Source: Chiloscyllium plagiosum (Eukaryota). Taken from it: a stretch of 64,000 nucleotides of DNA. The notes below the pieces were generated by a model, which had not been told where the DNA came from, ran no database searches, and worked only from the letters and a program-made list of their open reading frames with translations. Below are positions 13,160-24,154 of the stretch, in pieces (the stretch's first letter is position 1; each line of letters opens with the position of its first letter). The translations under genes and the position numbers were made by a program. The stretch covers positions 26,601,688-26,665,687 of the forward strand of contig NC_057718.1 in the NCBI RefSeq assembly GCF_004010195.1, read 5' to 3'.

Positions 13160-14190
13160 AGTCATAGAGTCACACAACATAGAAACAGGCCCTGCGGCCC
13201 ACCTTGTCTCTTCCAACCACCAAACTACATTAATCCCGTTTATCTACACTTGGTCCATAGCCTACAATGCCCCGGTATTTTAAGTACTCATCCAGATGCG
13301 TCTTTAATATTGTGAAAGTATCTGCCTTCACTGTTCTCTATATGAAGCACTCTGTAATCTCTCTCAGATCTCCTATAAGACACTTGTTCCTCACCTTAAA
13401 CTTATGCCCTCAAGCCTTAGACACATCTGTCCTGGGGAAGAGATTTCCATGATTAACTCTGTCTATGCCTCTCATAATTTTGAATATCTCAGCAGACTCC
13501 CCTCAGCCTCCTCTGCTCCAAGGAAAATAAACCCAGTCTATCTAGTCTCTCTTCATAGCTGTGCAATTGTGTCCTTCTGATAGTGTGGCAACCAGAATTG
13601 CACACAATATTCCATTTGTGCCCTAACCAATGTTTTGTAAAGTTTTAACATGTTTTCCTTGCTCCTATATTCTACACTTTAGTTAATGAAGACAAGCAGC
13701 CTGTATGCTTTCTGCACCACCCAGTTTACCTGTCCTGACACCTTCAGGGATCTATGGACTTTCACACCAAGGTCCCTTTCTTCCTCAGTACTTCCTACGG
13801 GCCTACCATTCATTGTGTCCATCTTCCCTTATTGGACCTCCCAAGATGCATTACCTCACACTTATCGGGATTAAATTCCACCTGTCATTTTTCTACCCAA
13901 TTTACCAGCTGATCAGTATCAGACTATAGCCTGAGATAAACCTGATCCCTATCAACAACACCTCTAATTTTCTTGTCATCTGCGAACTTACGAATAATAC
14001 TTTCTGCATTCACATCCAAGTCATTAATGCACACAACAAACAATAAGGATCCCAGCAACAATCCTGTGTTACACTGCCAGTCACAGGCTTCCAATTACAA
14101 AAATAACCCTCTACCTCTGCCTCCTATTTGTAAGTCAATTTTGGATCCAGTTTGCCAACTTGCCTTGGTTACCATGGGTTCCTGTGATTG
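13160..14190 (-). mobile_element. Older CR1 LINE 3' part
   Basis: Tail GTCATAGAGTCAC...AGAAACAGGCCC. TTGTCATCTGCGAACTT is the reverse complement of KFADDK near 13975. Confidence 0.8.
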
Positions 14191-14879
14191 AATTTTCATA
14201 GGCAATCTGGAGTCTTTACAATTCAACAGTGTAGGCTCAGAAAAACTGGGCTGAGTTATGAGGTGCCATAGTCCCAGCCTCATCAGCAAAGAAAGTCACA
14301 GGGAGAACTGTTGCTCTGCAGGATTTAACAGCCAATTAATAACCAATCATCTCTCAAATGATGGTAGCACCATTGTCGCTACAGTCAGTCCTGGACTCAG
14401 GGCTTCTGGAAACATACGACAATGAATTGGAACTTTTGGCACCAAGGAGAGGACTTACCTTGAGAGAAGTTGTTGGGAGCTGAATTCAAGAGACCATGGG
14501 GAAAGGTGAACCTGAAGTGGACATGACGTTGTGCAGGGAATCTTCCAAAGAGATCTTGTGGCCATTAAAGAAGGACATCCCTGCCAACCATCTGCCCATG
14601 AAGGGAAATCTGCTAGCTACCAATTGATAGGGGCCTCCTCCATCATATGGTTAATCCCTGGTGTAATGGGATAATACTCTTGAAGTAATGGCCCTTTCAA
14701 GGGCCTCAATTGGCTCACGAGCTGCCAGGCCACCTGACATCAATCCTGCCTCTGGTGAATTCCTGGCAGGTATAGAATCAGGTGAGTAAGTGGCAGGGAG
14801 GTCACCCACTGGGTTTAATGTACACTTCCATTTTGAAATGACGCAGGGAGGAATATTAAATCTATCTTATTATTTAATT

Positions 14880-15150
14880 AGATAGGGGAATCCACAACAA
14901 AGAGATATCATCTTATAATTAGAACTGCACCATTTAGCAGTGAGATCAGGAAGCACCTGCTTAAATGAAGGTTTGCAGAAACGTAGAACCGCTCCCTAAA
15001 ATAAGGGTCACTTAAAAATATTGACAGCTTTTTGATTGCTATGGGAATCAAGAGATGTGAAACGAAGCTGGTCAATGGAATTGAGGTACAGATGAGCTAT
15101 GATCTCATAGAAGCATGCTTGAGGGGTTGAATGATCAATATTATTTCCAG
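14880..15150 (+). mobile_element. Decayed CR1 3' fragment
   Basis: Remnant of the C-terminal/3' UTR region (GGAATTGAGGTACAGATGAGCTATGATCT...TTGAGGGGTTGAATG). Confidence 0.5.
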
Positions 15151-15466
15151 TGCCAAAACCTATTATTATAAATGCGTAAATTCACACAGGAAGCAAAGCA
15201 CAAAACAGGCCATTTGCCCTGTGTAGTCAACACAAGGCTTTACCCACTCTGCTTCATATCAATATATCTTTCTATTTATTTCTCCCTCATGTACTTAATT
15301 ACCTGTCCCTTAAATGCATCTTTGAGTTACCTCAACAAGTTCATGCAGTGGTAAGCTTCATTTTTAAAATTCTCTTTGAATAAAGAAGTTTTTTTTTATC
15401 TGAACTCCTGACTGAACTTATGGCTATTTTATATTTACGATCTGCTAGTTTTGAACTCCCCCAAAG

Positions 15467-15632
15467 CTGAAAGTGAGGACTGCAGATGCTGGAGGTCAGA
15501 GTTGAAAGTGTGGTGCTAGAAAAGCACAGCAGGTCAGGCAGCATCTGGAAGGGCTTATGCCTGAAACGTCGATTCACCTATTCCTTGGAAGCTGTCTGAC
15601 CTGCTGTGCTTTTCCAGCACCACACTCTCAAT
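15467..15632. mobile_element. Penelope-like terminal-repeat hairpin with 10-bp TSD
   Basis: Inverted arms GTGTGGTGCTAGAAAAGCACAGCAGGTCAGGCAGC and GCTGTCTGACCTGCTGTGCTTTTCCAGCACCACAC. TCCCCCAAAG at 15457-15466 and 15633-15642. Same terminus as the GIY-YIG element at 57446-58083. Confidence 0.75.
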
Positions 15633-16329
15633 TCCCCCAAAGGTGGCAATGTCTTCTCCATGTCTACCCTATATAATAATTGAGTAACTTCAAAAATCCT
15701 TATTAGGCCAACCCTCAGTCCTCTATTTTGTACAGAAAAAATCCCCCCTTTTATCAGTCTTTCCTGGTATTTATAAACACTCAGTTGCAGTATAATACTT
15801 GAAAATGTCTTCCGACAGAGCAGTCACCTTCAAGGAAATATAAGTGAGATTTATGATCAAAATGAGTGGGACGGATTGAAAACCTATTTCAACTTATGAA
15901 ATTGTATATATTTTTAGAAATGAGCTATTTGAAATAGATAACTTTTTTAGAATAAACTGTGTGAGATTCATCTCAAATGATGAAGAGATGACAGCCTTGT
16001 TTATGTTGCCACTGTGTAATGGAGTTCAGCTTTTTCGAGGCTTCAATGCCACATTAAAGGAAACAGAAAAGATTCTAAAACACTAAATATTAACAATTAG
16101 AAAAAAACAAAAATCACTTTGTTTCATACGGTGTCTGAAAATCTGTTTTGATGGAAAAATGTAAGATATTAAGTTGACTCCTGCATATTGTAGTTACACA
16201 TGTGATTTACGTCCACAATTACATGTATGCACGTATTTGGATGTCACCATGGACGAAATTCATAGCTTACGTGCATATGTTAAATTCTGTATGATTAAGT
16301 TTCCCCTAACCTTACTGCAAACAAATCTT

Positions 16330-16648
16330 TTATCCACAAATGTCATCCACTAGTTTGGTGCCATTAATCCCTCGGTATGTGACACGGCTTGGGCGTACCA
16401 GAACTCCATAATTTGGTTTGCAACTAAAATAACGTTTCTCCCCCACAGAACCATCATTTTTGCCTTTTGGTGAGCGCAGTTCTAGTCCAAGCCATATGCC
16501 AGGTGCAAAGTCAGTGGGTCCAATGTATTTAATGGTTGCCATCTCACTTGAACTGCTCAGTAGTACCTGTGAGCCTTCCTGTAACTTTACGCTTCCTTCA
16601 GTTGTACTTGTGCTGCTCCAGCTTCGTCGCATGATTGCATTTTTTGGC
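16330..16648 (-). CDS. CLIP4: CAP-Gly domain-containing linker protein 4, terminal coding exon (third CAP-Gly domain)
   Basis: Translation (R)PKNAIMRRSWSSTSTTEGSVKLQEGSQVLL...YIGPTDFAPGIWLGLELRSPKGKNDGSVGEKRYFSCKPNYGVLVRPSRVTYRGINGTKLVDDICG* carries the GKNDG motif and closely matches the CLIP4 C-terminus as I recall it. Acceptor TCTTGTTTCCAG (AG at 16650-16649), phase 2. TAA stop at 16332-16330. Confidence 0.95.
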
Positions 16649-18211
16649 CTGGAAACAAGAAATATTATTGAGAGAAGAAAATTCTGATAAAATATCTGTA
16701 TCCAAAAAATTTTACCCATTAATTAATCAACATTTCCAGAGTTTTCTTATTTATTTCTCAGCTTTTTAGCTGTTTTGATTCATACAAAATCACACCCTTA
16801 CAATATAAATTGTAAGGTATAATGATTGAAGGAAGTTCCTGCCTATGCACACACTGACTCTATTTCATTTAAGTTCAACCAAATCTGCTGGAAAATAAAA
16901 ATAAAAAGATAAAATGTCAGCGCAACATCAAGGGCTGAAGGGCCTGTGCTGTACTGTACTGTTCTATGTTCTAAAAAATACTTTTAAAACTATTTAAAAT
17001 TTTAATGATTAATTGCTTTTGGTTGTACTCAATTTATTTGTCTATAACACAAAAATCTTCAGGTTGAAGCAAATTTCATGACCAGCAGAAATTCATTAAA
17101 AAGGTTTTGAAGAAAAAAAAATCTCATTTCTTTTCTCCAAGTTCCTCCAGGTTTGGTTTGCAGAGTGGGTTAAAGAATTACTCTCTAGATAGTTATAAAT
17201 GCTGCAACACAACCAACAACTCTGCAATATGGTAAATCTAGTGAGGTGACTCTCTCCTCCTGGGAGACAACTTGGAGTCTGCCTTTCTGTAAAGCATGAT
17301 CAGGATGAGGGAAGTACTTTGGGGAGACTTGTGAACTCAAACTGTACTTTACCTTACATTTTCACACTGAAATCTGGTTTGATGGATCATATTTGTGTTT
17401 TTTATGTATTATTTGTTTTTAATGGGGTGATCTTTCACTGAAACACAAGCAAACATTGGTTTTAACAATAAAACTGAAGTTTATTACACAAAGGAATTGA
17501 AGAAAACAACAGAAGACACCAAACTATTTAACTTAATGTTTAAAGATTTTGAAAATGATGGTTAAAATATATTCCATTAAACCCAACAGTACTACTTTAC
17601 AGTACTTGCACCAGACAGAATTCCCTTCTCTATCACATCTATAGGACTTACTTCAACTGTGGTTTCAATTCTCAGTCTTCAGAATCTGACAGTCTGTTCT
17701 TTGAGTCTTCATAGAGCTGAGCTTAGACTTTCTCAGCTTCAAATAACACTTCCAGCTTTTAGCCAATCATTTCTGGTCTGGATATTTCAAACTAAATTTC
17801 TTACACGTAGGTAACCTATTTCATAGTAGTTCTAAACTGTCTCCTTTCCTAAGGAGCAAATGTATTATACACCTAGCTTCGGCTAAGACTTCTGCAAAAC
17901 TGCAACCAAATGGGCTTTTTTCAATCTCCAGGTGTTTTCATTAAACCAAAAAAAAGCAATTTCAGAACATTTTAACTAAAGTATAATACACCATGCTGCT
18001 TATTTTGTTCACTTGTAAAATGTCTCAAATTTAACAAATACCCATTAGCATACAAGAATAATTTCTTTCATACTGTTGTTTAAAAGAAGTCACAATGAAT
18101 ACAAAAATACTTACAAGTTAATCATTAAAATCCTTCAGAGACACAGACCAAACTTAACTGTCAGTAGTTTAAACTCCAAAAACTCTAAAATAAATTATAT
18201 TCATACATATT

Positions 18212-19705
18212 GATTAGGGATAGTCAGCATGGTTTTGTGCAAGGAAAATAATGTCTCACAAACCTGATTGAGGTTTTTGAGGGAGTTACCAAAATGATTG
18301 ATGAGGTCACAGCAGGAGAGATTGTTTACTTGGACTTTAATAAAGCCTTCAACAAGGTTCCAGACGGTAGACTAATTAGTAAAGTTAGGTCACATGAGAC
18401 TGAGAGTGAGCTTGCCAATTAGATACATATTTGGCTTAACAGTAGGAGACAGAGTGGTGGTGGAGGGTTGCTTTTCAGACTGGAGACCTGTCACCAGCGG
18501 TGTTCCAAGGCAATCAGTTCTGGGTCCTCTTTTGTTTGTCATTTATATAAATGATTTGGATGAGAATATAAAATGATTTGGAGGTGCCAGCTTTGGACTG
18601 GGATGGACAAAGTTATAGGTTATAGTCCAACAGGTTTATTTGGAAGCACTGGCTTGAGATGCTACCTCTTCATTAGATAGTTGCGGAACATGACCATACA
18701 GATACAGAATTTATAGCAGAAGGGTTACCGTATCATGGAGTTGTAATGATATATTAAACAACTTTAATTAAAAATCACACAGAAGACATGGTTAGTAAGT
18801 TTGCAGACAACACCAAAATTGGTGGATTAGTGAAGTAGATCGTGAAGATGGTTTTCTAAGATTACAAAGAGATCTTGATCAAATGGGTCAATGTGCTGAA
18901 AAACGAAAGGTGGAGTTCAAAATGGATAAATGTGAGGTATTGTATTTTGGTACAACAAATAAGGGTAGGGCTTATACATTTAATGCTAGGGCCCTGGGTA
19001 GTGTTGTAGAACGGAGGAACCTAGGGGTTTAGGTACACAATTCTTTGAAGTTTGCGTCACAAATAGACAGGGTGATTAAAAAGGCATTTGGCATACTTGT
19101 ACTTGTTGCTCAGTCCTTTGAGTATAGGAGTTGGGAAGTCAAGTTCTGTTGTGTGGGGCATTGGTGAGGCCTTTTCTGGAATACTGTGTCCAGTTCTAGT
19201 CGCCCAGTTATAGGAAGGATATTATTAAGCTGCAGAGGGCTCAAAAGAGATTTACAAGGATGTTGCCAGGTATGGAAGGTTTGAGTTATAAAAAGAGGCT
19301 GGATAGGTTGGGACTTTTTTCACTGGTGCATAGGAGATTGAGAGGCAGCCTTATAGAAGTTTATAAAATAATTCGGGATATAGATTGAGTGTTTGATAGT
19401 TGTCTTTTATCCAGGATGGGTGATTTCATTACCAAGGGGTACATATCCTAGGTGAGAGGAGAAAGAATTTAAAAATATATATGGGGCAATTATCATGTGT
19501 GGAATTAATGTCCTGAGGAACTGGTGGATGTGGGTATAATTACCATGTTTAAAAGACATTTGGATAAGTACATGAATAGAAAAGGTTTTGAAGGATATGA
19601 GCCAGGAGCAAGCAAGTGGACCTTGTTTAGTTTGGGATTATGTTCAGCATGGACTGGTTGAACCGAAGGTTCTGTTTCCGTGCTATAGGACTCTGTGACT
19701 CTCTA
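18212..19705 (+). mobile_element. CR1 LINE, 5'-truncated, with a nested Penelope-like piece
   Basis: [39 protein letters not shown] and KFADNTKIGG motifs; tail GACTCTGTGACTCT. Confidence 0.9.
18570..18780 (-). mobile_element. Penelope-like terminal fragment nested in CR1
   Basis: ATGATTTGGAGGTGCCAG...GGTTATAGTCCAACAGGTTTATTTGGAAGCAC is the reverse complement of the 10080-10300 end. It splits the CR1 between NDLDEN and MVSKFAD. Confidence 0.7.
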
Positions 19706-20286
19706 CATAAATTATGCACCATGCATCACACATTGACATTTCTTTCTCAAAACCTTTTAATTGAAAATTAAAATCTCTATTAATCCAACTAGCCCAGCTC
19801 AAAATCAAGGGGGCATAAATTGGGACCGCAAAACTGGTCTTAGAATCACCACAAGCAATGAAGCCGTATGTGAAAATAGCAATGCAGCTAGCATTTCATG
19901 CTGAATGCTCACTTAAATGTTAACAGCATGAAGCCAGATGTCAGCTCAATGGCAGCATGCCTTAGCAGAGTCTTAGCTGACACCATCCCCTTTTCTGGTA
20001 GGGATAGTCTGGTTGGTTTAGTGTGGTAGAGAAAACCCATCTAGTTGTCTAATCAGAAGTGGTTCTTGTATTAAGTAAGATGTAGTTTATTGTACGATAG
20101 CAAAAAAGATAAAGTTGAACAAGTATGATAGACATTTTTATTGAGACTGAGGAAGACCTCAATGTTAGGCCTTAATCTTTTGAGCTCCAAACCAGTTCCT
20201 CTGCCTAACTGCATGTCACATCAACATTTTGGACAGTGCTTAATACAGTTCTCTGTATGAACCCTTTCAAACTGTTACACCTTATG

Positions 20287-20503
20287 CAGGCAGTCCCCAG
20301 GTTGCAAATGGGTACTGGAATGGAACCCATTTGCAAGTCAGTTTATATGCAAGTTGAAGCATAATGCAGGACAATCTGGAGTAGTTGTTCATAAGTAAAG
20401 GAAGTGTTTGTGTGTCAGGTCTTTAAACTTACACCCTGTATGGGACCATGTTCATGAGTATGAATGTTTGTAAGTCAGTTGTTTGTAAATTGGGGACACC
20501 GTG
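20287..20503. mobile_element. Tigger/pogo-like MITE
   Basis: Imperfect ~23-bp TIRs CAGGCAGTCCCCAGGTTGCAAAT and GTTTGTAAATTGGGGACACCGTG, followed by TA (TG on the left). Confidence 0.5.
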
Positions 20504-21055
20504 TACAACAGCTCACAACCAGTTTGTTCCCCATTATTAACATAATACAAGCCTCTGACCACAAATTAGTTTGTCTAGGGCTTTTGCTATTCTCTAGAAC
20601 ATGCTCTCTTTGGACTTGGAAAATTAGTTGCTGTCTGGATTGGAAACTGTTAACCTTGATTCGGTTCTTGATAGCGTGAGTTCTGTAAGTGCATTTAAAC
20701 TGGAGCACCTTCTACTTCTGGGTTTTCTTTCACTAAGGACAGTCTTCCTGTTGAAACAAGCGATTATTCCATTGGATGAGTGGGAAGGGCTTTATTCTTA
20801 GGAATTTCCTTCACAGAGGACACCTGACCTGCTGAAACAGGTACTTTCTTTTTGTAGTATCCTGGAACTGTGAACAGAGCAGTTTCTTCCTTGCATCATC
20901 CTGTATTTCTAAATAAGGCAGTTTCCTTTTGCCAGTATCCTGAATCTCTGGGCAAATTAATTTCTTCTTGATTGTGTTCTAAATCCATGATTAAATGGTC
21001 TTCATATCTCAGTGATGGGTGTCATAGAATTGTGCACATTAAATCATTAATACTT

Positions 21056-21386
21056 AGGTTAGATTCAATTCCCTACAGTATGGAAACAGGCCCTTTGGTC
21101 CAACAAGTCCAAACCAACCCTCTGAAGAGTAACTCATCCAGACCCATTCTCCTACCTTATAGTTACCCCTAACTAATGCACCTAACAGTATGGGCAATTT
21201 ATCGTGATGAATTTACCTAACCTGCACATCTTTGGACTGTGGGAGGAAACCGGAGCACCCAGAGAAAACCCAGCAGACACCGGGAGAATGTGCAAACTCC
21301 ACATAGTCGACCGAGGCTGGAATCGAACCCAGGTCACTGGCGCTGTGAGGCAGCAGTGTTAACCACTGAGCCACTGTGCCACCCGC
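21056..21386 (-). mobile_element. V-SINE (HE1-like)
   Basis: Full reverse-complement copy of head, V-domain and tail. Confidence 0.9.
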
Positions 21387-22179
21387 ATGAACAGATAATC
21401 TGTATAATCTGTATGAACAGATTTGTATTCTCAAACTACTGACAAATCTGCATTGAAGAGTTGTTGAAGTGTGTAGACTCTTCAACTTGTTCATGAAGTT
21501 GGTTGTTTTAATTCAACCACAGTTATGGATTATTGGTAAAACTAACGTGTTCACTTCTTCAGCTGTGTTACTTGAGGACTTTTTTTTGCTTGGTATAATC
21601 TCTGCCACTGACGATTCTTCCTGAGAAACGGTAAGAACAAAAATGTTCTGCTTGAATTAGCAGCTAGTCTGTCATCGATTTCATCAAGCTGTTTTGGAGT
21701 CTCAACTACAATCAGTTGAGAATTCATCAATGAGCTCAACTGATGTATACTGCTCATTTGCTATTTCGTCTTTTGTGTTTCCTCAGAAACTCTGTTGAAT
21801 TTTGCAGTCTGAACTCCATTCAGTTAGGAGTGGAAAACATTTCAGGCAACCCTATATAATCAAAGGTTTCCATCTTGCTGGCGGTATGAAACTCATTTCA
21901 TTGCCAGTGTACTCTAATTTCAATACATTCCACCTGTCCTTTGAGTTTCTCCAGCACTTTCTGTTGTATCCGATCTCCAGCATTTGCAGTACTTTGCTTT
22001 TATTAGGCATGTAGCCATGGTAACCCAACAGACACCCTCTGTTTTGAAACAAAAGCAAAAACAGAAATTGCTGGAAAATTCAGCAGGTCTGTGATAACAA
22101 GGCCTGGCGTGTGGGGTTTAAGCTAAGAACACGACCTTAAGCACTACAAATGTTGAACACAATATTAAGTTCAGAAGGA

Positions 22180-22760
22180 CTCTATTTTGATGTGCTGATC
22201 AAAATCCTGAAGGAACAGCTTGGATGTAGAATAAAAGTAACATGATTGCTATCAGGATGGCAGGCATTCAACCGCATAATGTGCTGAGCCTGGTTGTACA
22301 TTATTGCACATTCAGCAACTGGTAACTTTTGTAAGCAGTTAGATAAAGTGCCTGCAAAACTACTTCTGTGCAATTGGTCTTACCCTGGGGATTTCCACTG
22401 TAACAAAGCCATGTACATGTTTCACCTGCTTCACAAGTCAGAGAGAGCACAACGAGTACCTATCTGTCACATCCTTTATGCAGGATGGATGGTGAACTCT
22501 GCTCCAGCTTGGATGGATGCCAGCATGAAGAAAGTCAGGACTATTGTTGAGCTATTGGTTGCACCATTCTTGTCCTACTCTGAGATTGTAGATTTGGATA
22601 CAAGGAATGGCAGAGTTTTGACAGCAACGTTTTCAGAAAGTACAGGTAATGTGCATAGTGCTCCTGGCTGAGGAGAAAGTAAAAGCAATGTTCCTGGAAG
22701 GTCCTAGGCAGATAAGATCTTCTGCTGAGAGGCTTTCTCTCCATAATCCTCCTCCCCATA
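22180..22760 (-). mobile_element. PIF/Harbinger DDE transposase fossil
   Basis: Broken frames give RRSYLPRTFQEH...LSKLCHSLYPNLQSQSRTR, IVLTFFMLASIQAGA, CIKDVTD, NCTEVVLQA, KSYQLLNVQ and HIMRLNACHPDSNHVTFILH. These are collinear with the HARBI1-type motifs IDCTHV, KGFHSLNVQ and YPGSxHDAFIL. Confidence 0.7.
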
Positions 22761-24154
22761 TCTGCTCCAGCTCCCTCTTACTCTGTACCCCAAAGATGAG
22801 TACAATTATAGCATCCTGGATTTTGAGAAAAAGATCTGACCAGAAGCCTTGATGTCAAAACAATGCCTTCAAAAGGGAATTAAATAAGCACCTGACTAGG
22901 AAAGCTTTGCAGGACTACAGAAAAAGAGTAGGGGAATGGGAGGGTACCTAAATTTATATCCTGATGATAAACACAGGCTCAGTATGCCAACAAGTCTTGT
23001 TCTGTGCTGTGGACTTTCTATAAATCTTCTTCTCAAGTTCTATGCCCAAAATCAGAACAAATACACAGCACCATGACAGTAACACAGGGAGGCCAATGAT
23101 GTGCGTCCCAAAATCACTGCAGGTGGAACATACTGCAGTTCAGTCTAATCTACACCAGCCACCCAAGGCAACCAGCCTCTCAAGGAGTACAACATAACTT
23201 TGACATGCAAATTGTAGCCTGCAGACTGATAGTGATGGTCCAGGTTCAAATTTCTTTACATCACATGGTTCAGCAGGAATCACTTCTGTTCTTACCACCT
23301 GTCATTGGCTGAAGGTTTTGCAGGTTGATACTCAACCTTTTTGCTGTATTCTGAAATTATCCACCTTGGCCATCCAGTGCTGGTGAAGAGAAAAACTGGC
23401 AAAGTTGGGAACAAAGTTGCAATACATGCTGACACCACAATCTTTCTATTCTACAAATCTCTGGCACACATTCCTAATATCAAAGTAATTACAAAAATCA
23501 CCAAAATGATATTTGACACTAGCTATGCTGGGGTGTTGAGCAGTATGGGTGGAATGAACCCAGTTTTGCAGCCAAGGTTTCCAGGTTTCAAATTCATTTC
23601 TCAAATGTCATTCTTTCCACTAGCAGGGTTTGCATTAGATAGCTCCAGTAAAATATATTATTAAATGTACCCTATAACTAGCTTCATGTTGCTTCCTGTC
23701 TTTTTTGGTTTCAGAGGCACACCAAAAAAAGTAAAATGTCAGGGAACTAAGGCATTATGAACAGTTGTACTTTTTAATTATACTTATTAAAGGATCCTGA
23801 AATTGTTAAAATAATGCAGGTTGAGATGACAATTTAATAGTCACGTTGTGGAGTTTTTACAAATGGCAGTTTTAAAGTTTACTGGCAGTGTTGTAAAGTA
23901 AATGAGGTCGAGAAGGAGCTTTAGTAGAATAGTCCACATTTATTGCTTCATAAATGACTCCAATTAATTTTTGGTACAATTTTTATTATTATTTTTGCTA
24001 ACAGTTGGTATTGTAACAACTTTGGATTGTGCAGTTCCACATGTATATTACTGCCTTTGCTATTTGAGGTCATGTATCTCTGCACATTGGAGTGCATCTA
24101 GGAAAATTTAAAAAACAGTAAAATTCACAGCTGACCTTGGAGGAACCTGTATAG

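Noticed and set aside
16649..16719. N-terminal part of ORF 16330..16719 (MGKIFWIQ...)
   Set aside because: It lies upstream of a good splice acceptor and has no similarity to CLIP4; intronic read-through.
17330..19735. Possible minus-strand solo LTR split by the CR1 at 18212-19705
   Set aside because: TG...CA ends and a poly(A)-like signal are suggestive, but there is no TSD or second copy to support it.
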